Below, piece after piece: positions 39,690-52,410 of a stretch of 64,000 nucleotides of DNA. Both the position numbers and the translations under genes were made by a program. The stretch is taken from NCBI GenBank assembly GCA_002269645.1, contig NIVC01001974.1, positions 124,001 through 188,000 on the forward strand. Reading direction: 5' to 3'. Origin of the DNA: Macrostomum lignano. Taxonomy: Eukaryota. The stretch's first letter is position 1. Each line of letters opens with the position of its first letter. Below the pieces are notes generated by a model. That model was not told the origin of the DNA, searched no databases, and was given only the letters and a program-made list of their open reading frames with translations.

Positions 39690-39846
39690 ACGCAACCTGC
39701 AGCGCTGGCTGAGTCAATTCTGCCCATTCTGCCGACTTCTGAGCACAAAGAAGCGCGCCAACACTGTACGCAGGCACGCGCTCATGCACTCGCTCACACA
39801 GGGTGTACAGCCGCCCCTTTGGCTTTCTAATCGTCATGTACACTCC
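39690..39846 (-). mobile_element. SINE relic (family of 56901-57264)
   Basis: TGCCCATTCTGCCGACTTCTGAGCAC...CTCACACAGGGTGTACAGC...CATGTACAC. Confidence 0.65.
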
Positions 39847-40289
39847 TCCTCCGTACCTCCGATGAATCATATTGATTATGTGCGCCCGTATGCTTGGGCA
39901 ACGTCACACATTCAGACAGGAAAAGGCTGTTCGAGCAAAAATGCTCTTCTTGAAAAGTCCCTGGGGGATCTCAGAGTTAATTAAACCTCATCATCGGCTT
40001 GCTTTTTTATCTGACAGAGAAATATAGGTTTTTTTAATTAGAATGTGGTTTCTTTCAATATTAAATTCGCTCACTCAAGAGGTAGGTAGGGTAAAAAGAG
40101 CTTTGAAAATCGTTTAAAAAAGATAAACTAGGATGCATTTGTTTTTCCTATATAGTTACCTGATTATATCCATAAATATTGTGCTCAGAAGGAAATTGGA
40201 AAACAAACATTAATTATAATAGCATTGGTGATACAGATTATCGGATACTACAAACATCGATAGGGAGGTATAGAGAAGATTCTCGTAGA

Positions 40290-41095
40290 GTCTGAGACGT
40301 TGAGAGTCTGAGAAGGTGAGAGTCTGAGAGAAGGCTAGAATCTGAGAGAAGAAGAGATTGAGAAGGTGAGAGTCTGAGAGAAGGGGAGAGTCTGAGAGAA
40401 GGCGAGAGTCTGAGAGAAGGCGAGAGTCTGAGAGAAGGCGAGAGTCTGAGAGTAGGTGAGAGTCTGAGAGAAGGGGAGAGTCTGAGAGAAGGCGAGAGTC
40501 TGAGAGAAGGCGAGAGTCTGAGAGAAGGCGAGAGTCTGAGAGAAGGCGAGAGTCTGAGAGAAGGCGAGAGTCTGAGAGAAGGTGAGAGTCTGAGAGAAGG
40601 CGAGAGTCTGAGAGAAGGCGAGAGTCTGAGAGAAGGCGAGAGTCTGAGAGAAGGTGAGAGTCTGAGAGAAGGTGAGAGTCTGAGAGAAAGTGAGAGTTTG
40701 AGAAGGTGAGAGTCTGAGAAGGTGAGAGTTTGAGGTGAGAGTTTGATAAGGTGAGAGTCTGAGAAGGTGAGAGTTTGAGAAGGTGAGAGTTTGAGAAGTT
40801 GAGAGTCTGAGAGAAGGCGAGAGTCTGAGAGAAGGTGAGAGTCTGAGAGAAGGTGAGAGTCTGAGAGAAGGTGAGAGTCTGAGAGAAGGTGAGAGTCTGA
40901 GAAGGTGAGAGTTTGAGGTGAGAGTTTGAGAAGGTGAGAGTCTGAGAAGGTGAGAGTTTGAGAAGGTGAGAGTTTGAGAAGGTGAGAGTTTGAGAAGGGG
41001 AGAGTCTGAGAAGGGGAGAATCTAAGAAGGGGATAATCTGAGAGAAGGAGAGAGTCTGAGAGAAGGAGAAAGGCTGATAAGGGGAGTCTGAGCAG
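40290..41095. repeat. 16-18-bp purine-rich minisatellite (GAGAGTCTGAGAGAAGGC)
   Basis: Tandem periodicity. Confidence 0.92.
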
Positions 41096-41654
41096 GTGAG
41101 TGAGTGTCAGATTCTGTTTCTAAGACAGCGGTATTGTCTCAGATTTCTAAGAAATTTGGGTCTATTAGAACTGATTTGAATATAACACCGGATTAGAATT
41201 TTAGATTAATTAAAACAATGGGTGTCAGTAGTTGGCCCAGATTATCTTTGAGACAAAGGTTCGCATTAGGCGGATTAAAAAAGTGCAAAAACTTAAAATT
41301 AGCAAACCTTATCAAAATCGAACGGTAAGCCCATGGAGAATGTACTCAGCCCGCGGCCTGCCCAGGTCATCAACAGATTGTCTCAAAGCAGCTGCCGGAG
41401 ACTGGATTAAAACCTCTGATGAGGCTGATGAATCCTGATCCCCTTATTGCTCAGCCGGCTTTGCAGGCCTCCGCTCCATTTCTAGTCTCGGGGATTAATG
41501 CATTGCAGGCTGAGATGGCTTTTTGTTTTAAGATGGATTAGAGGCTAATACGCCCAGATAATTGAGAGCGGGGGGGCGCGACGCTCTCACAGTGCAAATG
41601 CTGAGGCGGCAGAGTGAGGATGCGCTTCCTTGATTAAGTTGGAGACGGGGTCTA

Positions 41655-43260
41655 GTGAGTGAGTGAGTGAGTGAGTGAGTGAGTGAGTGAGTGAGTGAGT
41701 GAGTGAGTGAGTGAGTGAGTGAGTGAGTGAGTGAGTGAGTGAGTGAGTGAGTGAGTGAGTGAGTGAGTGAGTGAGTGAGTGAGTGAGTGAGTGAGTGAGT
41801 GAGTGAGTGAGTGAGTGAGTGAGTGAGTGAGTGAGTGAGTGAGTGAGTGAGTGAGTGAGTGAGTGAGAGTGAGTGAGTGAGGAGTGAGTGAGTGAGTGAG
41901 TGAGTGAGAGTGAGTGAGTGAGGAGTGAGTGAGTGAGTGAGTGAGTGAGTGAGTGAGTGAGTGAGTGAATGAGTGAGTGAGAGTGAGTGAGTGAGGAGTG
42001 AGTGAGTGAGTGAGAGTGAGTGAGTGAGGAGTGAGTGAGTGAGTGAGTGAGTGAGTGAGTGAATGAGTGAGTGAGTGAGTGAGTGAGTGAGTGAGTGAGT
42101 GAGTGAGTGAGTGACTGAGTGAGTGAGTGAGTGAGTGAGTGAGTGAGTGAGTGAGTGAGTGAGTGAGTGAGTGAGTGAGTGAGTGAGTGAGTGAGAGTGA
42201 GTGAGTGAGGAGTGAGTGAGTGAGTGAGTGAGTGAGAGTGAGTGAGTGAGAGTGAGTGAGTGAATGAGTGAGTGAGTGAGTGAATGAGTGAGTGAGTGAG
42301 TGAGTGAGTGAGTGAGTGAGTGAGTGAGTGAGTGAGTGAGAGTGAGTGAGTGAGGAGTGAGTGAGTGAGTTAGTGAGTGAGTGAGTGAGTGAGTGAGTGA
42401 GTGAATGAGTGAGTGAGAGTGAGTGAGTGAGGAGTGAGTGAGTGAGAGTGAGTGAGTGAGGAGTGAGTGAGTGAGTGAGTGAGTGAGTGAGTGAATGAGT
42501 GAGTAAGTGAGTGAGTGAATGAGTGAGTGAGTGAGTGAGTGAGTGAGTGAGTGAGTGAGTGAGTGAGTGAGTGAGTGAGTGAGTGAGTGAGTGAGTGAAT
42601 GAGTGAGTGAGTGAGTGAGTGAGTGAATGAGTGAGTGAGTGAGTGAGTGAGTGAGTGAGTGAGTGAATGAGTGAGTGAGTGAGTGAATGAGTGAGTAAGT
42701 GAGTGAGTGAATGAGTGAGTAAGTGAGTGAGTGAGTGAGTGAGTGAGTGAGTGAGTGAGTGAGTGAGTGAGTGAGTGAATGAGTGAGTGAGTGAGTAAGT
42801 GAGTGAGTGAGTGAGTGAGTGAGTGAGTGAGTGAGTGAGTGAGTGAGTGAGTGAGTGAGTGAGTGAGTGAGTGAGTGAGTGAGTGAGTGAGTGAGTGAGT
42901 GAGTGAGTGAGTGAGTGAATGAGTGAGTAAGTGAGTGAGTGAATGAGTGAGTGAGTGAGTGAATGAGTGAGTAAGTGAGTGAGTGAATGAGTGAGTAAGT
43001 GAGTGAGTGAGTGAGTGAGTGAGTGAGTGAGTGAGTGAGTGAGTGAGTGAGTGAGTGAGTGAGTGAGTGAATGAGTGAGTGAGTGAGTGAGTGAGTGAAT
43101 GAGTGAGTGAGTGAATGAGTGAGTGAGTGAGTGAGTGAGTGAGTGAGTGAGTGAGTGAGTGAGTGAGTGAGTGAGTGAGTGAGTGAGTGAGTGAGTGAGT
43201 GAATGAGTGAGTGAGTGAGTGAATGAGTGAGTGAGTGAGTGAGTGAATGATTGAGTGAGT
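41655..43260. repeat. (GAGT)n array, about 1.6 kb
   Basis: Direct inspection. Confidence 0.97.
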
Positions 43261-43370
43261 GCCTGCGCACAGTATTGGCGCACTTGCATGTACTCAGGAG
43301 TCAGCTGAATGAGCAGAACTGCTTCAGAGCTGGGGTTCGGAATTATGTCGCCGAAGTAAAACCGACGCAT
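43255..43370 (+). mobile_element. SINE 3' relic fused to the (GAGT)n array
   Basis: GTGCCTGCGCACAGTATTGGCGC..CTCAGGAGTCAGCTGAATGAGCAGAA..ATGTCGCCGAAG is the reverse complement of the 28500 copy. Confidence 0.65.
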
Positions 43371-44124
43371 ACAAGTCGCTGAATTAATCATGTCTTCAAT
43401 CTACGCTACTAGCTTTTTAAGCTGGTAAGATCCCACCAGTTGGGAAACTTAGCAGTTCCCGCATTGGCCCCGGTGAGCATGAGCACAGAGTTTCACATTT
43501 CCTGTCTTCTCCGCAGATCGCTGACGCATGCAGTCGCCGCGGTGGTCACCCCGGCAGTCACGCGCAACCCTGAAGTTCCCCTATACTTCAGCGGCTACTT
43601 GAAAGGCCGGGGGTGGTTTAAATAAAGAAAATTGTCAAACTCGAGGCGTCGTTGGAAAAAAGGCGAAAGCGTTCCGACGCCTTCGAAGTAAATCTAGAAA
43701 GGAAGGAAGACGAAGAAAAATTAAAAGAGGAGATCGGGCGGGTGAAATTGACCGCCCAGGCGGGGATCCTCTTGAGCTTGCATGGATTGCTCAATTTCCT
43801 TTCGTCATATTATAGAAAGTCGGTCTATCTTCTACTTTAGTTTGAGAGAGGAACTGCTCCTCCCTAGGCGAATAAAGCGTGAAAAATTGAGTAGAAATTT
43901 GGCACCTCTGGAGCAGCGGAAGCGGGGCTGAGATCTCATGCATGCGTAGAGCTGTCGGTCTGTTTACAGTGGGGTATCGAAATTCACAGCTCTACTGCTA
44001 TTGGCTGGCGGCTTGAGAGGCCAGAAAGCAGAATCTTTACAATTGTTTTTTATACTATATCAACCAATTGCCTACGATTTGTCTCAAAAATTGAACTCAA
44101 CTGAACACTTTCGGCTCCTAAAAA

Positions 44125-47100
44125 TTGTCAACAACATTAACAGCATCTGCAATACCGGAAGCAGCAAAAACAAAAGAAACAGCAGAAGCAACAACAGAAG
44201 AAACAGCAAAAGAAACAGCAGAAGCAACAGCAAAAGAAAGAGCAGAAGCAACAGCAGAAGCAACAGCAGAAGCAACAGCAGAAGCAACAGCAGAAGCAAC
44301 AGCAGAAGAAACAGCAGAAGAAACAGCAAAAGCAACAGCAGAAGCAACAGCAGAAGCAACAACAAAAGAAACAGCAGAAGAAACAGCAGAAGCAACAGCA
44401 AAAGCAACAGCAGAAGAAACAGCAGAAGCAACAGCAGAAGCAACAGCAGAAGCAACAGCAGAAGCAACAGCAGAAGCAACAACAAAAGAAACAGCAGAAG
44501 AAACAGCAGAAGCAACAGCAAAAGCAACAGCAGAAGCAACAGCAGCAGCAACAGCAGAAGCAACAACAAAAGAAACAGCAGAAGAAACAGCAGAAGCAAC
44601 AGCAAAAGCAACAACAAAAGAAACAGCAGAAGAAACAGCAGAAGCAACAGCAAAAGAAACTACAGCAGCAGAAATGTTGGCAGTGTCAGCAACAGCAATC
44701 GCCCTGATGGTTCTGCTCGGCACAGCGGGCAACATTGCCGTGGTATACGGCATGGCCCGTTTCGGCCGGGCCTCCAGCCCGTACTTCTTCATCATCACAA
44801 TGATGGCCGCCATCGATCTCCTGGTCTGCCTGGTTGACGTACCGGTCTACGCAGTTTTCACCCTGAATTCATTCGAATGGCCGCTGCCCGAGTTGCTGTG
44901 CAAGCCCTACCTGATTTTGGACTACCTGCTGTGCAGCATGTCGTCTTACTGCGTCGCTATTCTGAGCTTCGATCGTTGCGTCTTGGTCTTCGAGCCGTTG
45001 CGCTATCAGAAGCTGCAAACCAGGCGAAAGATTCTCTGCATCTTGGCTGGGGCATTTACTCTGGCTAATTTCCACACGCCGCTCATCCTGCTGTGGCCGG
45101 ATGCTGGCCAGAGCTCGAGCAACAGCAGCAGTCTGACAGCCTCTGCTAGAACCTGCGCAGTCCAGTACGAGGAGCATCTGGGCATCCAGTTTGGCGGAGT
45201 TATGATTCAATTCTTTCTACCGTTCGCCGCCACGGTGATCAGCAGCGGGCTGGTGTACCACCGCATGACCCGCAGGAAGCGGCTGTTCTTCAACGTTCAA
45301 GACGGTCTGGCTCACTTCACCAGGCAGAACTCCATGGTCAGACAGGCCAATAAGGCTAGCAGGAAGGCTGGGCGGTGGCTGATTCTGTTTGACTCGGTCT
45401 ACACTGCCATGTGGCTGCCCTGCATGGCGATGGTGCTGGCCCGGTGCGCCGTGTCTGCCGACCTGTTCTCGCCTGGTCAGCCGCTGTTTCACCTGTTCCA
45501 GGTGGGTAGCCAGACAAATATTGCTTGAAGGAGTCGATTATATGATTTAGAAATTCACTATCGATAATATTATGTCAATTGGTAGATAAAGCAGTCGATT
45601 GGTAGATAAGGTAGTCGATTGGTAGATAGGGTAGTTGATTGGTATATCAATTAGTGGATTAGTAGATATACACTGTAAGGTAGTCGATTGGTAGATAAGG
45701 TAGTCTATTGGTAGATAAGATAGTCGATTAGTAGATTCTATATAAGGTAGTCGATTGGTAGATATAGAGTAGTCGATTGGTAGATATAAGGTAATCGATT
45801 GGTAGATATATTAGTAAATATAAAGTTAGTTGATTGGTAGATAAGGTAGTCGATTAGTAGATATACACTGCAAGGTAGTCGATTGGTAGATAAGGTAGTC
45901 TATTGGTAGATAAGATAGTCGATTAGTAGATTCTATATAAGGTAGTCGATTGGTAGATATAAAGTAGTCGATTGGTAGATATAAGGTAGTCGATTGGTAG
46001 ATATAAGGTAGTCGATTGGTAGATATAAGGTAGTCGATTGTTAGATATAAGGTAGTCGATTGGTAGATATAAGGTAGTCGATTGGTAGATATAAGGTAGT
46101 CGATTGGTAGATATAAGGTAGTCGATTGGTAGATATAAGGTAGTCGATTGGTAGATATAAAGTAGTCGATTGGTAGATATAAGGTAGTCGATTGGTAGAT
46201 ATAAGGTAGTCGATTGTTAGATATAAGGTAGTCGATTGGTAGATATAAGGTAGTCGATTGGTAGATATAAGGTAGTCGATTGGTAGATATAAGGTAGTCG
46301 TACATTGGTAGATAAGGTAGTTGTAGATTGGTAGTTAAGGTAGTCTTAGATTGGTAGATAAGGCAGTTGTAAATTGGTAGATAATTTAGTCGATTGGTAA
46401 CTAAGGTACTCGATTGGTAGATAAGAAAATGCAACCATAAATAGGTAATAAATTTTCCAATTCACCAATTTTTGTTAATTTCCATGATAGCGGATACAAC
46501 CTTACCATTATTTTTGGCTCTGAACACCTGCCTGCAGGTATGCTGGTGGCTGCTCCTATGCAACAGCGCAGTCAACCCGTTCTTATACATCCAGTCCTGC
46601 GATCCTGTCTGCCACTTCTACCTCAGCCAGTTCTGCTGCTGCTGTCCCTGCGTTGTGAGGCGTTCTGACCTTCGATCTAGGCGAACCAGCTCGGTGATGT
46701 ACCAGCAGCAGCATCATCAGCATCATCAACAGCACCATCATCTGTCGCTATCTTTGCAGCCATCTCAGGAGCCTCTGACTCTGGCGAGGTGTCACTCGTT
46801 CAATCAAGGAGGTATATTTGTCTGTGCCTGATAAGATTGCATAGAAATATGCTTGATTTTAGCAATTAACCATGCAAGTGAAAATTGACAAAAAAGTTGT
46901 CAGAACCTGTTTTGACCGGCATATCGACAAACTTGTATGTGCTCATGCTCAGGAGTCAGGGGAATTTGCAGAATTGCCTCAGCCAGAGCTGATTGCATGG
47001 GACAATGTCTAGCTATTAATCCCATCATTTTCAACGGCAAGGTACTCGCCTGGAGCTGCTGCCATCGACTGTAGCGTCGCGAATCTCGAACGTTGACACG

Positions 47101-47238
47101 CCTACAACTCCCGACAACATGTCCTGTCAAGTCGGCATCAGCCGGTCAGCCACGTACAGCAGCTGCAATTCCAGAACTCTGCTGCTAGTAGCAGCCGGCG
47201 GCAACCGGGGGCCAGCCGGCAAACCTGGCGCTCCATGA
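44125..47238 (+). CDS. Class A GPCR, aminergic (histamine H3/muscarinic-like); core join(44674..45501,46538..46811,47042..47238), or ending at the stop at 46831; N-terminus unresolved
   Basis: TM1 GN, TM2 MAAIDLL, TM3 LCK..ILDYLLC (Asp3.32) with DRC, TM6 WLP, and TM7 NSAVNPFLY in the exon starting at 46538 after a phase-0 intron. The first in-frame ATG is at 44674; the upstream 12-bp repeat frame begins at a TTG after an in-frame TAA at 44119. Confidence 0.85.
44158..44672. repeat. 12-bp T-free repeat (GCAACAGCAGAA) immediately 5' of GPCR TM1
   Basis: About 43 units; open in all plus-strand frames. Confidence 0.93.
45575..46420. repeat. 22-bp minisatellite (GTAGATATAAGGTAGTCGATTG) in GPCR intron
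   Basis: Tandem periodicity. Confidence 0.92.
46930..47020 (+). mobile_element. SINE relic (same family)
   Basis: GCTCAGGAGTCAGGGGAATTTGCAGAATTGCCTCAGCCAGAGCTG..GGGACAATGTC matches the 28500 and 39690 copies. Confidence 0.55.
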
Positions 47239-47434
47239 TTGACAGTTGAAATATCGATTGAGATTTCGATCGTTTTCATTCCATCTTTGCAATGCAATCT
47301 TCATTATATTTAAATTTTGACTAGTTAGGAGTTTAATTTGTCTGGAATTAAACAGGTAAGTCCTTTGTTTGTTGATTGATAATTTCTATTGTTTATGTCT
47401 ACGGTATGTCAACGATATATCCACGGTATTTCTA

Positions 47435-47757
47435 TAGTATGTCTACAGTACGTCTACGGTATGTCTACGGTATGTCTACGGTATGTCTACGGTATGTCTA
47501 TGGTATGTCTACTGCAAGTCTTTGGTATGTAAACGATGCGCCTACGGTGTACCCATAGTGTGTCTACGGTATGTGTACTGTATGTCTACTGTATGTCTAC
47601 GGTATGTCTACGGTATGTCTACGGTATGTCTACTGTATGTCTACTGTATGTCTACGGTATGTCTACTGTATGTCTACGGTATGTCTACTGTATGTCTACG
47701 GTATGTCTACGGTATGTCTACTGTATGTCTACGGTATGTCTACGGTATGTCTACGGT
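47435..47757. repeat. 11-bp minisatellite (CGGTATGTCTA)
   Basis: Tandem periodicity. Confidence 0.92.
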
Positions 47758-49062
47758 TATAAATTTACGGTTATAAATTATAAATTATAAGGTATTTATC
47801 ATTATGATTGCAAACTCTTTTAAGAAAGTGCAATAAGTATTTTGATTGTTGTTGTCGATTGCAAAACATATTTTAATATTAACATTTTACATAAAACTGT
47901 TTCCCACCTAGGAAAAATTAATGTAAAAAGCATAATTTGCGAGCATACGATTTCTCTGTTCTAGCACAGTAAAGTACATGTACTGAGTTCATACTGCAGT
48001 AGTCTAATGGACCAGTGAATTGTTGTATATCACTCCAATTTTTCGCGCTCATTGAAATTTGCTTTATCTCAAATATTTTTGTCGTTTTTATCGGTGATGA
48101 CAATTATTTGTGTTTTATTTTTTATAATTGTATAATGCAAGTACTTCTAATCTAGAGCATTAATTTATATGCAAATTCATTGTACGTACTTAGTAGGCTT
48201 AGTAGGTCGCTGAACTCTAAAAAACGGTTGCAAATTTTGCTGCAAAAAAGAATTTCATGCAGTGCAATAAAGTTTGATAAACTCGTGAATATATGAATCG
48301 GAAGTGCAGAAGGTCAATATAGTCAACTAATTTTTTTGCAGCGACATATGATGTGCTTAGATATATTAATTATCAGGATCATAATCACACATAAAGACCA
48401 AACTCACAGCAATCAATATAAGTCCATTCACAGCCCTTAAACAGTCATAAACTATTCTCATTGTCATTTTTCGTACGAACTCATTTTGTTCTGCGCACTC
48501 TTGGCTCCATTGGTAACTCAATAAAAAGTGTACACCAAGCTCTCAAATGTCTTTTAATACGTCCACCGGATGTGGTCGACCATTCCTTCCCCCCTCCCAG
48601 GTGAAAAAGTACCAAGCAAAGTTTCTGAGCACAGTCATCGAATCATCGATCAGGCAATTCATTATGATTAACCCGCCAGATGCCGCGTGAACCCTCGCGG
48701 CAGCAAATGTGGTGGCAGGATATCGCGCTGCCTCCGGTTCTATCGGCATATGGCCAGGCTAAAATCCCAGGAAGAAAATTAGCATAGATGATTATCTATC
48801 GGTAGCCCAAATAGCCTCAAGCCGCTTGGGCTCGCATCGCCCCCCCCCGTTGATCTGCTTCATTATTCAAACATTTGATATCTCTTTTTATTATTGCTGG
48901 CTAACTAATTCTCCGCCAAATGTAACGTTACAGTTTTAGCGCGTGCGACGATATAACGGTCTCTGTGAATAATGCTAAATATAGCTGACTAATGGCTGAA
49001 TAATATGATTTTCCATTCTTAGATTGAAGGACCAGATTTGCACTATAGCTGTATTGTAACTG

Positions 49063-49998
<936 letters not shown>

Positions 49999-52410
49999 TG
50001 TTCAGCGATTGGTTAATTTTACCTATACAGGCACATTGAAGCTCCTTGTAAAATAGTCTTGCAACGGGCCGAAGCAGCAAAACCAAATAGCTCGCATGAT
50101 TGGCGTTAAACTTAATGGAACAATATTATTGTCCTTATTCTGATAGCAACATTTTATTACCTCCATGCCGCCAAAGAAAACGCAGAGGAATTCATGGAGC
50201 TTACTGGAATTGCGGCGTATGAAAGCCGCATGCTCCTCGGGTGATCGACAGACGGCGCCATATCCGGTTGGAAATTTGAAAAGTTTAATAGTGCAGTAGC
50301 TGTACCATTTAGCTAGTCTATATCACACCTCACTCGTACCGCAAACGGGAATGTCGGGGAGCATCGTGTGCAAACAGATAAGCTATGAGGGCTTGTTCCT
50401 TCAGCAATAAAGAATTATATTGTTTTTCAAACTAAAAAACCTGGCTTATATGCTTTCGTCAAATAAAAACAGGTAGATATATATATACGAGAACTCGATC
50501 TACATGTAGCATCTTGCGTTCTTGGCGTTTATTTCTGTGTAGTATAGACAGAACATGTAGGTTCAACACCGTGATGCGGAAGTCCGAGCGCGCCCGCTCG
50601 AGAACAAACAACACTAACGCCATGGGTAGATTTTGCTAGCGGACGCGACTTACTCCAGAAGCAGCTACAAAGCCCGCAATGTTTATTGCTGCAGGCTTAA
50701 CGGCCAACGCCGGAAGGCATGTGGCATATTCACCATGAGAAGGTTAGCACCACTGGTCTCGAGGTAGGAATCACAGACTGGTACACTGTGATCTGCGCCT
50801 GCAGAGGGACCTGCTGTTGCACCGACCACCGATCGAGTCAGCAGCCGAAGCGTTGTCTCGTGCCTGGCAAAACCCACCCGTGAGAAGCCGCTTTACTGCA
50901 GCCTTGTTGAGGCTCTCAAAGGGGAGCCCAGCTACTTCCACAGCTTTACTCAGACATCTGTACTCAGACATCTGTACTCAGACATCTATGCCTCTATCTA
51001 TTGTGCCGTCACAAGCTGGACTGCCTCTGGCAAAAACGGTGGTAAAACGGCATGACTGTATGGACAAGACGGCGAAGGCGAACTAATTAAATAGAGTAAC
51101 GGACAACCCCGCAGGGGCCAAGCAGAGAAGCCCCGGCAGAGACTTTTAAAACGCGGCAGTGCTTTTTTAACGTGGACCCGCCATATTGATCCATGAAATA
51201 ATTGCCGCTGGTCCGAACAAGAGAAGCACGTTGTCTGGACGGCCTTAACTAGCTGACGGGCCGCAGTTGCGACACAACGCACTAAATCTGGCTGGGTGAA
51301 ACATCCTAAAAGAGACGAAACAAGCTACCAGACTTCTTTTCCGGCATAATCAATGCGCTTCTGCCACCGCGTGAGACAACTAATTGCATTTAACTGATCG
51401 CAAATCATAAACCAACGCGGACTGACAAGATCTGCGCTTGCATGCTCATTTCGACAGTAAGCAATTCGGCTTTGCTTAAGTTGTTGACTGTGTTTTGTGG
51501 TTGTTTTTTAAAAAGAACAGGCTGGTGGGGAATATGCACAACGGCTTTAATTTAAATACGGCTAGGCTACTCTGCAATGCGTTCGGTGTTTTCTAAGAAA
51601 GTTGCAGCTTTTTAATTTTCTTACGCATGACAACTTGCTTGCAAACCCGGGCTTGCCACGCCCCACGCCCCCGGCCAAATCGGCCAGCGTCCTGGCAAAC
51701 AAGTTCGACGTTCTATTAAGCTTAGCTTTAATGCAAAGAATGATCTATGAGCTAGTAGGCATTTTCCGTTATTTAATATTCTAAGAAACTTCCACTTTTG
51801 ATAATTTCATTAGTCACTTTCTGTCTTTTTTAATTGTAGCAAAAAGTAAGAGGCCAATGATTCATGATTTATGCTATGATTTATGTTAGCTAAATATCTA
51901 TAGAAAATTGTTGGTTTTAAGCATTATAAATTAAATTATAAATATATATCAATATCTAATACAAACAGGTTCAAGATTCTTAAAAGCTATGCAAATAATA
52001 AATATTAGTTAGCTTAACCTATATATAACCAAAAATCAATAGACTAGGCCTAATAGAGAAAAGTAGCTTTTACAATAAATAATAAACTATAGAAAATAAA
52101 ATAGAGAATAAAGTAATGAATGAACATTAGATATTATTTACTCAAAAAATTCTATGCCAATGCATTTCCACTGTAAAAGTAGCTTATAGAGATATACAAT
52201 GTAACAACAACAAAACAACATAATATATAATATAATTTTTTTGAGCAAAAAAGTTGGACTTAGATAGAGGAATAATAGAAAAAGAAGAGAGATACATTTT
52301 AAATTTTTTACAAATTAGTTTAAGTATTTTTTTATTTAAAATACTTTTAAATGCAATTGAATTTTTTAAATTTTCTTTTTAACTTGCTTATATATATTCT
52401 GAATTTCTAG

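Noticed and set aside
50683-51282. Short ORFs as 5' exons of the orphan gene or transposase remnants
   Set aside because: No recognisable motif and no phase-compatible donor linking to 52411 was identified.
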